DNA of 55,665 nt, counting the filler, from Candidatus Hydrogenedentota bacterium (GTDB lineage: Bacteria > JBFMHD01), in the NCBI GenBank assembly GCA_040752395.1. It is 3 parts of 3 records of this genome, joined end to end, with 100 filler letters (N's around TTAATTAATTAA, not from the genome) between each part and the next. Parts side by side here need not be neighbours in the genome. Positions count along the whole stretch, not along the records: positions 43,240 to 55,665 come from JBFMHD010000070.1; 2 more parts are not named here. The stretch is one strand, 5' to 3'. A program made the position numbers and the translations under genes. Below are positions 55,506-55,665 of the stretch, one piece after another. The notes below the pieces were generated by a model. The model was given only the letters and a program-made list of their open reading frames with translations, was not told where the DNA came from and did no database searches. How positions within the stretch are numbered: position 1 is the stretch's first letter; every line of letters starts with the position of its first letter.

Positions 55506-55656
55506 AGGCACAAAGGCACAGAGGCACAGAGGCACAAAGATTGAAAGATTAAAAAATTGAAAGATACGGCAAGGAAGTGTATATTTTTGCTTTCTTTACT
55601 TTTAACTTTTGACTTTTTACTTTTAACTTGTCATAGGAGTTAGAAGTTAGGAGTTC
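55506..55656 (+). repeat. Mosaic of GGCACA(A/G)A, AAAGATTG, TTTTAAC and GGAGTTA units
   Basis: The same modules occur at 7438-7465, 24444-24480, 26857-26870, 27076-27097 and 27144-27191. Confidence 0.75.
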
Positions 55657-55665
55657 GTAATAATA

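Overview
Low-GC bacterial DNA, probably a draft or metagenome-assembled genome of an anaerobic diderm. The window is three contigs joined by artificial N/TTAATTAATTAA linkers (1-12429, 12530-43139, 43240-55665), so adjacency across the linkers has no biological meaning. Contig 1 holds a Fur-controlled feo operon (fur, an unusual His-rich FeoA, feoA, a long feoB and a secreted protein), a PIN toxin-antitoxin pair between two 85-bp MITE-like elements, ahbA/hemB, an IS630 remnant, a deoxyhypusine synthase homologue, queA, a SpoIID-like gene, yjbQ and a dksA-like gene. Contig 2 holds an orphan Wzc, the coaX-birA-rsfS-LCP-yqeK-nadD-proA block, a second PIN TA module, a lipoprotein Memo-AMMECR1 fusion and a pseudo-receiver-STAS protein. 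It also carries the most notable locus: a LacI repressor with a readable operator, upstream of a 4752-aa secreted protein and a PorV-like outer-membrane barrel. The giant protein has two GH57/GH119-type catalytic domains, several starch-binding modules, FN3/Ig arrays, a GAIN/GPS-like HLS motif and a T9SS-like C-terminal domain. Contig 3 is a surface-polysaccharide cluster. Intergenic regions contain a family of modular 7-8-mer repeats, two of which lie inside signal-peptide coding sequence. All protein assignments come from motif recognition by eye; no database searches were run.
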